A program made the position numbers and the translations under genes. A stretch of 64,000 nt of DNA from Candidatus Eiseniibacteriota bacterium (GTDB lineage: Bacteria > Eisenbacteria > RBG-16-71-46). The stretch covers positions 43,417 through 107,416 of the forward strand of contig JANMQY010000114.1 of the NCBI GenBank assembly GCA_031370785.1, in the 5' to 3' direction. This document shows positions 19,176 through 29,492 of the stretch, piece after piece; within the stretch, counting starts at the first letter, position 1, and each line of letters opens with the position of its first letter. A model generated the notes under the pieces. It saw only the letters and a program-made list of their open reading frames with translations. It was not told the origin of the DNA and did not search any database.

Positions 19176-19210
19176 CCGTGGCAACTCCTTGACTTGGGCC
19201 TGGTTGAGCG

Positions 19211-19240
19211 AAGCTAACCCGCCCTTCCCGAGAGCGTCAA
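19211..19240 (-). promoter_or_regulatory. Promoter of rseP-Omp85-tamB
   Basis: TTGACG-N18-TAGCTT, followed by an AAGGAG SD. Confidence 0.6.
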
Positions 19241-20493
19241 GGCGCAGCGACGCTCGGCGGTGAGGAAGGGAGGATCCCCACTCGAGGCGAATCGCGAAGC
19301 GCGAGGTTCGGGGAACAGCCAATGATCGCGAGCGCGAGGCCGAGTCCGAGGTAGCTCTGGTACATGACTTCGGCATCGCCAAAGGTGAAATCGAACATCC
19401 CGGCCACCAGCATCGCTGCGAACACCGCGATCGCACCGGTTACGAGCGCGACGTCTTCGCGGCGGGTTGCTGCGCGCCGCGCCCGCACCATCTGGCGCGC
19501 CGCGGCCACCAGCCAGAACACGAAGGCCGCCAGCCCGACGGCCCCGGTCATGACCGCGATCTGGATGAAGTTGTTGTGGAAGTGACCGCTCTCAAACGTG
19601 GCGTCCGGATAACGATAGCGACGGTAGAGTGCGAGCAGATCCTGGCAGCCGACGCCGACCAGCGGGTGCTCACGGATGATGTCCAGCCCGGATCGCCACA
19701 TCGAGAGCCGGCCCTGATTCCCGGGATCGTGCACGTCGACGATGCTGAACAGTCGCGACGCGAGGCGGGCCGGAGCGAAGCGCGCGAGCGCCGCGATACC
19801 GATCGGCAGCGTCCACCACCACTTCGGCGCAAGCGAGAGCAGGATCATCGCCGCGCCCGCGGCGGCTCCGAGCCAATGGCTGCGGGTCTGGGTGAGCACC
19901 AGCCCCGCGGTGAGCGGAACGATCGCGGCCGCGTACGCCCAGCGCCCTCGATCGCGCCGTCCGGCTGCGGCCGCGAGCGCCCACAGCAGCACCGAAGCGA
20001 GCACGCCGCCCGAGGTCATCTGGTTCGAGAGCAGCGACTTCATCCGGTACTCGGGATCACGCGTGATGCTCGCCGCGTAGATCAGAAAGCCCACGGCCAC
20101 GGTGAGCGCCGCGCCCATCAGCAACATGGGGACGATTCGCGAGCGCACTCTCGGGTCGCGGGCAGCTTCGGCGGTCAGGTAGATGAGTCCGATCGCGTAG
20201 AGCTTACGAACGTGGATCAGCGAGTCGAGCTTTTCGTTGCTGAACGCGGTGCTCAGCAGCCAGGCTCCGATCAGCGCGAGCGAGGCCGGCTCGAGCCACG
20301 AGCGCTCGAATCGAAACTCACGGCCGCGCGCCCGACTCACCGCCAGCGCGGCGAGCCCGAGCACCAGCGCGCCTTCGGTGATCGCGATGCTGAACGGCAG
20401 CGCAAAGGCGAGCACCAGCAGCGCGAACTGGGCCACCCGCAGCGCGCCGCCGCCAGGGCCCACCTCTCCCGGCGCGAGATCAGACCAGCGCAT
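19237..20493 (-). CDS. O-antigen ligase (WaaL/Wzy_C) family membrane protein
   Basis: Multi-TM; TQTRS, R..MW, HPLVGVG, HFHNNFIQ motifs. Confidence 0.88.
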   Translation of the reverse strand: MRWSDLAPGEVGPGGGALRVAQFALLVLAFALPFSIAITEGALVLGLAALAVSRARGREFRFERSWLEPASLALIGAWLLSTAFSNEKLDSLIHVRKLYAIGLIYLTAEAARDPRVRSRIVPMLLMGAALTVAVGFLIYAASITRDPEYRMKSLLSNQMTSGGVLASVLLWALAAAAGRRDRGRWAYAAAIVPLTAGLVLTQTRSHWLGAAAGAAMILLSLAPKWWWTLPIGIAALARFAPARLASRLFSIVDVHDPGNQGRLSMWRSGLDIIREHPLVGVGCQDLLALYRRYRYPDATFESGHFHNNFIQIAVMTGAVGLAAFVFWLVAAARQMVRARRAATRREDVALVTGAIAVFAAMLVAGMFDFTFGDAEVMYQSYLGLGLALAIIGCSPNLALRDSPRVGILPSSPPSVAAP

Positions 20494-21583
20494 GCTTCGC
20501 CTCGCGCTCGGCGAGCACTGCCTGGTACTGCTCGAGCGTGCGCTCGACCATGGCCGAATCCCGAAACGCTTCGACCGTCTGCCGCGCGCGAGCAGCCCAG
20601 CGCCGGCGTACCTCGCCGTCGCGAAGCGCCTCGAGCAGCGCGGCTGCCAGCGCGTCGGGATCGCGCCCGGGCACCAGCCGACCGTTCACCCCGTCCTCCA
20701 CCACCTCGGGGACGCCGCCCACTGCGGTCGCGACCACCGGCACCCCGCGCACCTGTGCGTCGAGCAGCGAGGTGCACAGGCCCTCGAGGTAGGAAGACAG
20801 CGCGAACACCGTGAACTGCCGCATGAACGCGCGCGCATCCGGCCGGAACCCCATCAGGTGCACGTGGCCCTCGAGCCCGAGCGCGCGGCGCTGCACCTCG
20901 AGCGCCCGCCGGCACTCCCCATCGCCCAGCCACGCGAAGTGCACCTGAGGGATCTCACGCACTACCAGCGCTGCGGCCTTCATCAGGTCCGCGTGGTTCT
21001 TGTGCGGAGCGAGCGCCGCCACTGTTCCGATGAGCGGAGCGTCGGCCGGGATCCCGAGCAGCGCGCGAAGATCCGGGCCGGACTCAGGCCCTTCCGGGAA
21101 CTCGATCCCGCTCGGCACCCGGGCCAGCCGCGATTCCGGGATGCCCGCGGCGCGCAATACCGACTCCACGCCCCCGCTGATCGAGAGGTAACGATCCACC
21201 GGAAGCCGGTACTTGAGCCGGCTCACCGGATTGGTCGCCACCGCGAAGTCGACGCGGCGCGACACCACCACCCCCGGAACCCCTGCGAGCCGCGCGGCCG
21301 GCACGCCAAGCGCGTGGGCGTGAGCCGAGTGACAGTGCGCGATCGCGGGTCGGATCTCGCGCAGCGCACGCGACGCCGCGAGCACCGCCGCCAGATCGAG
21401 ATCGCCGTGCGACGTCCAGCGCACCCAGCGCAGGCCCAGGGCGGCGGCGCGCTCGGCCAGCGGCCCGGGCGGCGCGATCAGGACCGACTCGTGACCGCGC
21501 GAGCGCAGCCCGCGCATGAGCAGCAGCACCTGCCCCTGCCCGCCCCGCCAGTTGCGGCCGGTGTCGAGCTGCGCGACGATCAC
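20480..21583 (-). CDS. Glycosyltransferase family 4
   Basis: WRGGQ N-terminus, K.H, EGLCTSLLDA, VGGVPE. Confidence 0.9.
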   Translation of the reverse strand: MIVAQLDTGRNWRGGQGQVLLLMRGLRSRGHESVLIAPPGPLAERAAALGLRWVRWTSHGDLDLAAVLAASRALREIRPAIAHCHSAHAHALGVPAARLAGVPGVVVSRRVDFAVATNPVSRLKYRLPVDRYLSISGGVESVLRAAGIPESRLARVPSGIEFPEGPESGPDLRALLGIPADAPLIGTVAALAPHKNHADLMKAAALVVREIPQVHFAWLGDGECRRALEVQRRALGLEGHVHLMGFRPDARAFMRQFTVFALSSYLEGLCTSLLDAQVRGVPVVATAVGGVPEVVEDGVNGRLVPGRDPDALAAALLEALRDGEVRRRWAARARQTVEAFRDSAMVERTLEQYQAVLAEREAKHALV

Positions 21584-22656
21584 GGCATCACCTCGCCACC
21601 GCCGCTCAGCGCCTCGCGCAGCGATTCGCCGACGTGCTGCGTGGTCGCCACCTCGAGCGCACGCTCGCGACCCCGGGCGGCCAGACGGTCGCGACGCGCG
21701 GGATCGCGCAGCAGCGTGGCAAGTCCCGCGGCGATAGCCTCCGGCTGGTCGCGCACGACCGTCATGAGATGCACCCCGGGCTCGAACACTTCGCGCACGC
21801 CGGGCCCGTCACCCGTCAGCACCGCTCGCCCCGCGGCGAGGCCCTGGTAGACCTTGTGCGGGATCACCCGCCCCGCCTTGTCGCTTGCGCCAAAGGCGCC
21901 GAGCACCACCTGCGCGTCGCTCAGCACCCGCGGCGAGTCCGCGTAGTCCACGACCCCGGCGAAATCCACACACTCGAGGTCGAGCCGTTCGGCGAGCGCG
22001 CGCGACCGCTCGAAATCGATGCCCTTGCCGACCAGCTGCACCCGGAAATCGGGAAGCCGGCTCCCCTCGCGCTCGAGCATCGCCACTGCCTCGAGCACCG
22101 CCGGAACTCCGTGCAGCGGCAGGAACCCGCCGACGTACACGACTCGAATCGGTGTGGTCTCGGGCGGCGGCGGGACGCCGAAGAACGCATCCTCGGCTCC
22201 GACCAGCACGCGGCGCAATCGGTCGCGCCGTGCGCCGAGGCGCTCGAACAGCTCGCCATGCGCCCATGTGTCGCACAACACCAGGTTGGAAAGGCGCAGC
22301 GCGCGCCGATCGATCATGAGATTCCAGCGCGCCTGAGCGGAGTTGGGCGCATGAAGTCCCCAGTCGTGGACCAGCGTGTCGTGCCGCGAGATCAGCGGAT
22401 CGAAGACGAGTTTCCTCTTCCCTTTCAGAAACGCGGCGAGCGGCACGTCCTTGTGGCGGAATTCCGGGACGAACAGCACGTCCGCGTCGCGCCCGGCGCG
22501 CACGAATCCCGCGATCAGCGCCGCGAAGCGGCGCACTCCGCGCCGGCCCTGCGCGCAGGCCTCCGTCACCTCGATGCCGGCCCGACGCAGCCCGTCACGC
22601 AGGATGCGGTTGCGCGGGTATTCTGGATCGTACGCGCCGAAGAAGCACACCTTCAT
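21580..22656 (-). CDS. Glycosyltransferase family 4
   Basis: MKVCFFG..YPRN, FLPLHG, IPHKVYQGLAAG (GT-B fold). Confidence 0.85.
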   Translation of the reverse strand: MKVCFFGAYDPEYPRNRILRDGLRRAGIEVTEACAQGRRGVRRFAALIAGFVRAGRDADVLFVPEFRHKDVPLAAFLKGKRKLVFDPLISRHDTLVHDWGLHAPNSAQARWNLMIDRRALRLSNLVLCDTWAHGELFERLGARRDRLRRVLVGAEDAFFGVPPPPETTPIRVVYVGGFLPLHGVPAVLEAVAMLEREGSRLPDFRVQLVGKGIDFERSRALAERLDLECVDFAGVVDYADSPRVLSDAQVVLGAFGASDKAGRVIPHKVYQGLAAGRAVLTGDGPGVREVFEPGVHLMTVVRDQPEAIAAGLATLLRDPARRDRLAARGRERALEVATTQHVGESLREALSGGGEVMP

Positions 22657-23432
22657 CGTCCGCGTCCCGCTGCCTTCGTAAACCGGTCGGCCCACAGCCC
22701 CGCGTACTTGAGGAAGACCTGGGTCGAGGCGAGCAGGCACACCATCAGCCCTGCCCCACCGTCGAGCACACCGAGCTGCAGCACGTACATGCGCAGGAAT
22801 CGCAGCGGCGGCCGCGCCACCACATCGAGCAGTGAGGCGCGCCGCCCCGCGCGCCGGGCGCTCTCGGCGCCCGCCTCGGCGTAGCGGAACAGCTTGTCGC
22901 GGCACTCCGCCCAGGTCGCGTAGCTGTGGTGCTCGAGCGTTCCGCCCAGCCGGCCCCCCGATCCCTCGACCGTGACCCGCTCGTGCACCCGGGCGTCATC
23001 GAAGCGTGCGCGATCGCGCCGGAAAAGCCGGACCACGCGCTCGCCCTGCCAGCCGCAGAAGCGGATGCGGACCCCAAGAAAGTAGGTGACCCGCGCGAGA
23101 TCGAACCATGTCGCCTCCTGACCCGACGTCACGCGCGCGGCGATCTCGCGGCCAACGGCCGAGTCCAGCCGCTCGTCGCTGTCGATCCACAGCACCCACG
23201 GCTGAGTGCAGTGCGCGAGCGCGAAGGCGCGCTGCGGGCCGAATCCGTCGAGCGCGCGCTCGAGGACCAGCGCCCCGTGACGCGCGGCGATCTCGCGGGT
23301 CTCATCACGGGTCGCGGCGTCGACCACGACCACGATCTCGCGCGCGAAGGCGAGCGTCGGAAGCAGCGCGTCGAGACGCGCCGCCTCGTCACGCGCCAGC
23401 AGCAGAACGGAGATGGGAAGCGCTTCGCCCAT
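22653..23432 (-). CDS. Glycosyltransferase family 2 (WaaE/KdtX-like)
   Basis: WVLWIDSDER DxD motif, RLFRR, VHE, HHSY, VLDG. Confidence 0.88.
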   Translation of the reverse strand: MGEALPISVLLLARDEAARLDALLPTLAFAREIVVVVDAATRDETREIAARHGALVLERALDGFGPQRAFALAHCTQPWVLWIDSDERLDSAVGREIAARVTSGQEATWFDLARVTYFLGVRIRFCGWQGERVVRLFRRDRARFDDARVHERVTVEGSGGRLGGTLEHHSYATWAECRDKLFRYAEAGAESARRAGRRASLLDVVARPPLRFLRMYVLQLGVLDGGAGLMVCLLASTQVFLKYAGLWADRFTKAAGRGR

Positions 23433-24456
23433 GACGCTCCAGGTGGGTGAGTATGCGCGCCGCGGCATCCGGCGCGGTGAGCTGCGGCATGCAGTTCCAA
23501 TGCGGGCACACGGTGCGGTCGCATCCGCGGCACGGGAGCGATGTCCACCAGTGCGCGTGCTGCTCTCCCGGTGGAGTCCATGTCTCGGGATGAGTGGGTC
23601 CGAACCACGCGAAGGTCGGCACGCCGCTCGCTCCCGCAAGATGGATCGGCCCCGAATCCGTACCCACCACCGCGCCGAGTCGCCGGATCACGGAGGCCAG
23701 CTCGGGCACACCGCACGGCGGCAGCACCGGGATCGCACCGGCGTGACGGCGCACGGTCCCGACCACCGCCTCCTCCCCAGGTCCCGACAGCACCAGCACT
23801 TCCCATCCGCTCGCCACGAGTGCACGCGCGAGACGTCCGGCGTTGACCGCCGGCCATGTCTTGGTGGCCCACGTGCCGGCCGCGATCAGTCCCACCGTGC
23901 GCGCGGGGTCGCGCACGCCGGCGCTCGCGAGCAGCCCCGGGGCCGCGGCCTCGCCCGCCGGCGAAATCGCGATCCGCGCGTCGAGACCGTCCGCGACCCC
24001 GCCCACCGCGAGCGCGAGTCGCAGGTGAGTCGCGGCCGCGTATTCACGGTGCCGTGCGCCCCGCCCATCGACCAGCGCGAGCGTGCGCGGCACACGCACC
24101 TGATAGGCACGGCCTCGGCCGCGCAATTCGTAGCCCGCCGTTCGGCGCGCGCCGCTCAGCGCGGCGATCAACGCCGTGCGCGGGTTGCCGAAGAAATCCA
24201 CGGCCAGATCGAACCGGCGCGCGCGCAGCGCGGCGATGAGCCGCGCGGTCGCCGCGGTCGTGCGCTCGAGCGTCCACACCCGCTCGACCCCGGGCAAACC
24301 CTCGACCAGTGGCGCGTAGCGCGCCTCGGTCAGCACCTCGAGCGTCGCCTCGGGATGGCCGCGCCTGAGCGCGCGCAGCGCCGGAGTCACCAGCACGACG
24401 TCGCCGAGCGCGCGCGGGCGGATCGCCAGGATGCGCCGGCTGAGGGGTGGGCTCAT
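23389..24456 (-). CDS. Glycosyltransferase family 9 (ADP-heptose:LPS heptosyltransferase)
   Basis: LGDVVL..P, KTWP, DSGPIHLA, FGPT motifs. Confidence 0.9.
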   Translation of the reverse strand: MSPPLSRRILAIRPRALGDVVLVTPALRALRRGHPEATLEVLTEARYAPLVEGLPGVERVWTLERTTAATARLIAALRARRFDLAVDFFGNPRTALIAALSGARRTAGYELRGRGRAYQVRVPRTLALVDGRGARHREYAAATHLRLALAVGGVADGLDARIAISPAGEAAAPGLLASAGVRDPARTVGLIAAGTWATKTWPAVNAGRLARALVASGWEVLVLSGPGEEAVVGTVRRHAGAIPVLPPCGVPELASVIRRLGAVVGTDSGPIHLAGASGVPTFAWFGPTHPETWTPPGEQHAHWWTSLPCRGCDRTVCPHWNCMPQLTAPDAAARILTHLERHGRSASHLRSAAGA

Positions 24457-24956
24457 CTGTCGGTCGATGAGTCGGCGCTGCGCGCGCGTACGCGCTCGAC
24501 CAGCTCGCGACTCGCGTGCTGCTTCGGGTCGCCGGTGATCGCGGTGACCCCGCCGAGCGCGGCCACCGTGGCCCGCTCGGGCACGGTGTCGGTCCGATAG
24601 TCGGTGCCCTTGGCGTGCACCGCCGGGCGCAGCTCGCCGAGCAATCCGTCCACGGTCGGTTCGTCGAACAGCACCACCAGATCCACGGCGCGAAGCGCCG
24701 CGATCAGCGTCGCGCGGTCGCGCTCGCCCATCACTGGCCGCCCGGGCCCCTTCAAGGCCGCGGCCGAAGCGTCGCCGTTCACGCCGACCACCAGCCGGTC
24801 GCCGAGACCGCGCGCCTCGGACAGATAGCGCGCGTGCCCGACGTGCAGCAGATCGAAGACTCCGTTACAGAACACCACCCGATCGCCGCGCGCGCGCCAT
24901 GCGCTGACCTGGGCCCGCGCGCGTCCGCGATCCACGATCCGCTCGGCCGCGCGCAT
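24453..24956 (-). CDS. hldC: D-glycero-beta-D-manno-heptose 1-phosphate adenylyltransferase (stand-alone HldE domain II)
   Basis: NGVFDLLHVGH, KGPGRP, KGTDY. Confidence 0.9.
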   Translation of the reverse strand: MRAAERIVDRGRARAQVSAWRARGDRVVFCNGVFDLLHVGHARYLSEARGLGDRLVVGVNGDASAAALKGPGRPVMGERDRATLIAALRAVDLVVLFDEPTVDGLLGELRPAVHAKGTDYRTDTVPERATVAALGGVTAITGDPKQHASRELVERVRARSADSSTDR

Positions 24957-25987
24957 CACGACTTCCGCCGGCGACGTGTCCGGCGAACGCGCAGCGCGCG
25001 ACCGAGATCGGCCGCCGAGACCGCGACCGCACCGCGCCGGCTCACCGCGACGCTGCCGGCGACGTTGGCGAGCGCCGCGGCCTCGAGCGCCGGCGCTCCG
25101 GCGGCCAGCGCCAGGGTCGCGGTCGCGATCACCGCGTCCCCGGCACCGGTCACATCCACCGCCTCGGCGCCACCCCACGCGACCAGACTGATCGCGCGCG
25201 TGTTCCACAGGGTCAGCCCGTCGCGCCCGCGGGTGATGATCAGGTGCTTCGCGCGCACCCGGCGGCGCAGCGCCGCCGCCACGCGCCCCAGGTCGCCCTC
25301 TCCCCGGATCTCGATCCCGGAGGCCGCGATCGCCTCGGATTCATTGGGAGTCGCCAGCGTCACCGCGCGGTATTCCGCGAGCCGATAGCGCGCATCGAGG
25401 CCCACGGTCAGATCGCGGAGCCGCCGGGTCGCGGCGCGGGCCAGCGCCGGGGTCACCGTGTCGTATCCATAGTCCGAGAGCACGAGAGCGCGCGCGCCCA
25501 GAAGCGCGCGCCGGGCCGCTGCCGCCAGACGCACGCGTGCCGCCCGGTCCGGCGCGAATCGAACGCCGCGATCGACGCGCACCACCTGCTGGCGCGCGGT
25601 GTGCGCGCTCCCCGCGACCACCCGGGTCTTGACCACGGTCGCCGCGCCCGAGTGCTCGAGCAGGCCGGAGGTCTCGACCCCGGCGCGCTCGAGCAGCGCA
25701 CGCAGCTCGGCTCCGTACGCATCGGGCCCCACCCATCCGACCGCCGCCACCTCGGCGCCGAGCGCCGCAAGGTTGAGTGCGGCGTTGGCTGCGCCGCCGC
25801 ACTGGACGCTGCGTTCTTCATAGTCCAGCACCAGCACCGGCGCCTCGCGCGAGACGCGGCTGGAACGGCAGCGCCAGTACTCATCGAGCACGAAGTCGCC
25901 CCACACCACGGCGCGCAGCCCCTCGAAGCGCGCAGGCCAGCGCGCCAGTCGCTCGCGCGCCGGAGACTCCTGGGCGCGCGCGATCAA
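24956..25987 (-). CDS. hldA: D-glycero-beta-D-manno-heptose 7-phosphate kinase (stand-alone HldE domain I, PfkB)
   Basis: GDFVLDEY, SREAPV, GGAANAA, QQVVRVD, SDY, TPN, DVTGAGD; TTG start overlaps the dxr stop. Confidence 0.9.
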   Translation of the reverse strand: MIARAQESPARERLARWPARFEGLRAVVWGDFVLDEYWRCRSSRVSREAPVLVLDYEERSVQCGGAANAALNLAALGAEVAAVGWVGPDAYGAELRALLERAGVETSGLLEHSGAATVVKTRVVAGSAHTARQQVVRVDRGVRFAPDRAARVRLAAAARRALLGARALVLSDYGYDTVTPALARAATRRLRDLTVGLDARYRLAEYRAVTLATPNESEAIAASGIEIRGEGDLGRVAAALRRRVRAKHLIITRGRDGLTLWNTRAISLVAWGGAEAVDVTGAGDAVIATATLALAAGAPALEAAALANVAGSVAVSRRGAVAVSAADLGRALRVRRTRRRRKS

Positions 25988-27138
25988 GCGCGCACCGCCT
26001 GGCCGCGCGCGACTTCGCGCGCCCAGCGATCCACCGCGCGCAGCTGCTCGAGCGACTCGACCGGCTCCGGCCGGTGCTGCTCGAGCACGCGCGCGATCAC
26101 TTCCGGGACCTGGCCGAGCGCGATCGCGCCATCGAGGAATGCCTGAACCGCGACCTCGTCGGCGGCGTTGAGCGCGCATGGCGCCGTGCCTCCGAGGCGG
26201 CCCGCGGCCACTGCCAGGTCGAAGGCCGGAAAGCGCCCCGCGGCGAGCGGCGCGAACTCGAGGCCCGCCAGCTCGACGGCTTCGAGCGCCGGGACCGCCT
26301 CGTTCCAGCGCTCGGGCCACGACAGCGCGAGCTGGATCGGCAGGCGCATGTCGGGCCGGGCGGCCTGGACTACGGTCGAGCCATCGCGGAACGTCACCAT
26401 CGCGTGCACCAGTGCCTGACGGTGGAGGACCGCTTCCAGCTGCTCCCAGCGGAGATCGAACAGCCACAGCGCCTCGATCAGTTCGAGCCCCTTGTTGAAC
26501 AGCAGCGCGGAATCCACCGTGATGCGCTCTCCCATCGTCCACACCGGATGGCGCAGCACCTGCTCGCGCGTGGCGTGCCGCCAGTCGGGGTCGTCGCGCA
26601 GCGCTCCGCCCGAGGCGGTGAGCGTCATTCGCGCGACCTCGGTGGCCGGACGGCCGCCCAGGCACTGGAGCGCCGCGCTGTGCTCGCTGTCGACCGGCAG
26701 CACTTCGCCGCCGCGCGCGAGCAGCGGACGCACCAGCGCTCCGCCCACCACCAGCGTCTCCTTGTTGGCGAGCGCAAGGCGCAGGCCGCGCTCCAGGGTC
26801 GCGAGCGAGGGCTCGAGGCCTGCCGCGCCCACGATGCCGTTCACGATCACATCCGCTTCGCACTCGCGCGCGAGGCGCGCCGCCGACCCCTCGCCGACGT
26901 GGAGCGCAGCGCCCGGGGCCGCTTCGCCCAGCCGCGCGCGCGCCGCCGCGGGATCGGAGGCGTGCTCGAGCGCGAGCATGCGCGGGCGGAAGCGGCGCGC
27001 CTGCGCACACAGCGCATCGAGCGCGCTGCCCGCCGCCAGCGCCATCACCGTGACGCGATCGGGTTCGCGCTCCGCCACCTCGAGCGTCTGCCTGCCGATC
27101 GATCCGGTCGAGCCGAGCACTGCGACGCGCCGCGCCAT
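25984..27138 (-). CDS. dxr: 1-deoxy-D-xylulose 5-phosphate reductoisomerase
   Basis: LGSTGSIG, LANKE, PVDSEHSA, TASGG, NKGLELIEA, DMRLPI. Confidence 0.97.
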   Translation of the reverse strand: MARRVAVLGSTGSIGRQTLEVAEREPDRVTVMALAAGSALDALCAQARRFRPRMLALEHASDPAAARARLGEAAPGAALHVGEGSAARLARECEADVIVNGIVGAAGLEPSLATLERGLRLALANKETLVVGGALVRPLLARGGEVLPVDSEHSAALQCLGGRPATEVARMTLTASGGALRDDPDWRHATREQVLRHPVWTMGERITVDSALLFNKGLELIEALWLFDLRWEQLEAVLHRQALVHAMVTFRDGSTVVQAARPDMRLPIQLALSWPERWNEAVPALEAVELAGLEFAPLAAGRFPAFDLAVAAGRLGGTAPCALNAADEVAVQAFLDGAIALGQVPEVIARVLEQHRPEPVESLEQLRAVDRWAREVARGQAVRA

Positions 27139-28049
27139 CAGGGCACTCCGAACACGACGACCTTGAGGTAGTAGTAGACCAGCGGCGCCGCGAAATAGAG
27201 GCTGTCGAAGCGATCGAGGATGCCGCCATGGCCGGGAATGAAATCCGAAGAGTCGCCGTGCGCGACGTCGCGCTTGAGCAGCGATTCGACCAGATCGCCG
27301 ACCTGCCCGAACACTCCGACCAGCAGTCCCACGGCCGCGGCGTCCCACGGCTTGAGGTAGGGCGCGAACCAGGCGCGCGCGATGAACGCGGCCAGCATCG
27401 CGCTGGCCAGTCCGCCGATCGCGCCTTCCACCGACTTGCGAGGGGAGATCAGCGTCCACGGGCGATTGCGCCCGAAGATGCGGCCAGCGGTGTACGCGCC
27501 GCTGTCGCAGCTCCAGGTCAGAAAGAACGCGAGCGCGACGTACGAGGCGCCCTCGGCGTAAGCCGTGCCCGCGCGCCATGGCAGCTCGCGCAGCATGATG
27601 AAGTGCGCGGACAGCCAGCCGACGTAGAGCACGCCGAACACGGTGACCGCCATGTCCTCGACCCGCTGGCGCAGTTCGGGTCGGCGCAGCTCGAGCGCCA
27701 GCGTCAGCAGCAACCCGCCGGTGATCACGAAATCCACCAGCGGCGTGTGCGGGCGCAGCGTGACCCACAGCAGACCGAGCGCCGAGACGATGCCGAGCCG
27801 GCTGAACGGAGCCAGGCCCTTGCGATGCATCATCCGGTAGAACTCGAGCAGGCCGAGCGTGACCTCGACCGCGACGAACGTGAAGAACACCAGGCCGCCG
27901 GCGCGCGCCAGCAGCAGGAACAGTGGGATGAACAGGACCGCGCTCACCAGCCTCAGGCCCAGCGACCAGCCACTGGCCTTGGGCGGCGGCAGCGCGCCCG
28001 CGCCTGGCGCCGCCTTCTCGCGCAGTACCGCCTCGCCGCCGGCGCTCAA
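27138..28049 (-). CDS. cdsA: Phosphatidate cytidylyltransferase
   Basis: DSGAY, SPRKSVEG, GDLVESLLKR, PGHGGILDRFDS; start inferred. Confidence 0.95.
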   Translation of the reverse strand: MSAGGEAVLREKAAPGAGALPPPKASGWSLGLRLVSAVLFIPLFLLLARAGGLVFFTFVAVEVTLGLLEFYRMMHRKGLAPFSRLGIVSALGLLWVTLRPHTPLVDFVITGGLLLTLALELRRPELRQRVEDMAVTVFGVLYVGWLSAHFIMLRELPWRAGTAYAEGASYVALAFFLTWSCDSGAYTAGRIFGRNRPWTLISPRKSVEGAIGGLASAMLAAFIARAWFAPYLKPWDAAAVGLLVGVFGQVGDLVESLLKRDVAHGDSSDFIPGHGGILDRFDSLYFAAPLVYYYLKVVVFGVP

Positions 28050-28789
28050 TCCACCCGTCCGAAGCGGCGCTCGCGTTTCTGGAAATCGGCGACCGCCTGA
28101 TAGAGATGCCGGCGCCGGAAATCCGGCCACAGCGTTTCGGTGATCCACATCTCGGCATAGGCCATCTGCCACAGCAGGAAGTTCGAGATCCGCATCTCGC
28201 CGCTGGTGCGGATCAACAGGTCGGGGTCGGGAAGCGCGGCGGTGTAGAGGTGGCGCTCGATCTGCGCCTCGCCGACGTGCGCCGGATCGATCGGGCGCTC
28301 CGAGTGCTCGCGCAGCAGGCCGCGCACCGCATCGACGATCTCGGCCCGGCCGCTGTAGGACAGCGCGAGATTGAGCCTGAGTCCGGTCGAGCCCGAGAGG
28401 AAGTCGCGGGCTTCGGCGATCGCGTTGCGCACCGGCGCAGGAAGATCCTGCTCGCGCCCGATCACCTGGAGCCGGACGTTCTGGCGGCGCAGCTCCTCGC
28501 GCTCCTCGCGCAGGGTGTGGCGCAGGATGGTCATGAGCGCATCCACTTCGCGCTTGGGCCGTTTCCAGTTCTCGATCGAGAACGTGTACAGGGTCAGCAC
28601 CTCGACCCCGAGCGCGACGCATCCCTTGACCGCTTCGCGCACCGATTCGCGGCCGGCGCGATGCCCCATCAGCCGGGGAACGCCGCGCGCCTTCGCCCAT
28701 CGCCCGTTGCCGTCCATGATGATGGCCACGTGGCGTGGCAGGTTACCGCGGCGAATCAGCTCGTCAGGCGTCAGCGCGCGAGCCGGCAA
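28046..28789 (-). CDS. uppS: Undecaprenyl diphosphate synthase
   Basis: HVAIIMDGNGRWA, FSIENWKR, DLLIRTSGE.RISNFLLWQ, RRFG; TTG start after AAGGAG. Confidence 0.96.
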   Translation of the reverse strand: MPARALTPDELIRRGNLPRHVAIIMDGNGRWAKARGVPRLMGHRAGRESVREAVKGCVALGVEVLTLYTFSIENWKRPKREVDALMTILRHTLREEREELRRQNVRLQVIGREQDLPAPVRNAIAEARDFLSGSTGLRLNLALSYSGRAEIVDAVRGLLREHSERPIDPAHVGEAQIERHLYTAALPDPDLLIRTSGEMRISNFLLWQMAYAEMWITETLWPDFRRRHLYQAVADFQKRERRFGRVD

Positions 28790-28929
28790 TCGGCTCTCCT
28801 TCCCTTGGCGGGCGGCCTCGTGCAGCCACAAGCCGCGGACTCGAGCCGCGCGCTGACGTAGCCTCGAGCCACGCCGGACACGCGGCGACCGGCGCGGCGC
28901 ACCGGATGCGCGGCGTCCGGCGGCCCGCG

Positions 28930-29487
28930 CTAGACTTCCATGACTTCGGCGGTCTTCTTCTTCAGCAGCTCGTCCACCATCGCGATGTAGCGGTCGGTGA
29001 GCTTCTGAACGTCGGCGGCGAGGCGCTTCGAATCGTCCTCGGCGAGATCGCCGCCCGACTCCTTCGCCTTCACGTCCTTGAGCACGTCGTGCCGCACCTG
29101 ACGGATGTGCACGCGGCCCTCCTCGGCGAACCTGGAGATCAGCTTCACCAGGTCCTTGCGGCGCTCCTCGGTCAGCGTGGGGATGGGGACCCGCACCACC
29201 GTGCCGTCGTCGGTGGGGTTCAGCCCCAGCTCGGCGAGCTGGATCGCGCGGGTGATCGCCTTGAGCAGGCCCTTGTCCCACGGCTGCACCACCAGCAGGC
29301 GCGGCTCCGGCGCGCTGACGCTGCCGATCTGGTTGAGCGGCACCTCCGACCCGTAGGCTTCGATGCGCACCGTGTCGAGCAGAGCCGGGCTCGCCTTGCC
29401 GCTGCGGATTCCCGACAGCTCCTTGCGACACGACTCGAGCGCCTTCTTCATCCGATCTTCGGCACCCATCAGGATCTTGTTCATCAT
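28930..29487 (-). CDS. frr: Ribosome recycling factor
   Basis: IRSGKASP, QPWD, LGLNP, LTEERRKDLVK. Confidence 0.97.
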   Translation of the reverse strand: MMNKILMGAEDRMKKALESCRKELSGIRSGKASPALLDTVRIEAYGSEVPLNQIGSVSAPEPRLLVVQPWDKGLLKAITRAIQLAELGLNPTDDGTVVRVPIPTLTEERRKDLVKLISRFAEEGRVHIRQVRHDVLKDVKAKESGGDLAEDDSKRLAADVQKLTDRYIAMVDELLKKKTAEVMEV

Positions 29488-29492
29488 GAGCG

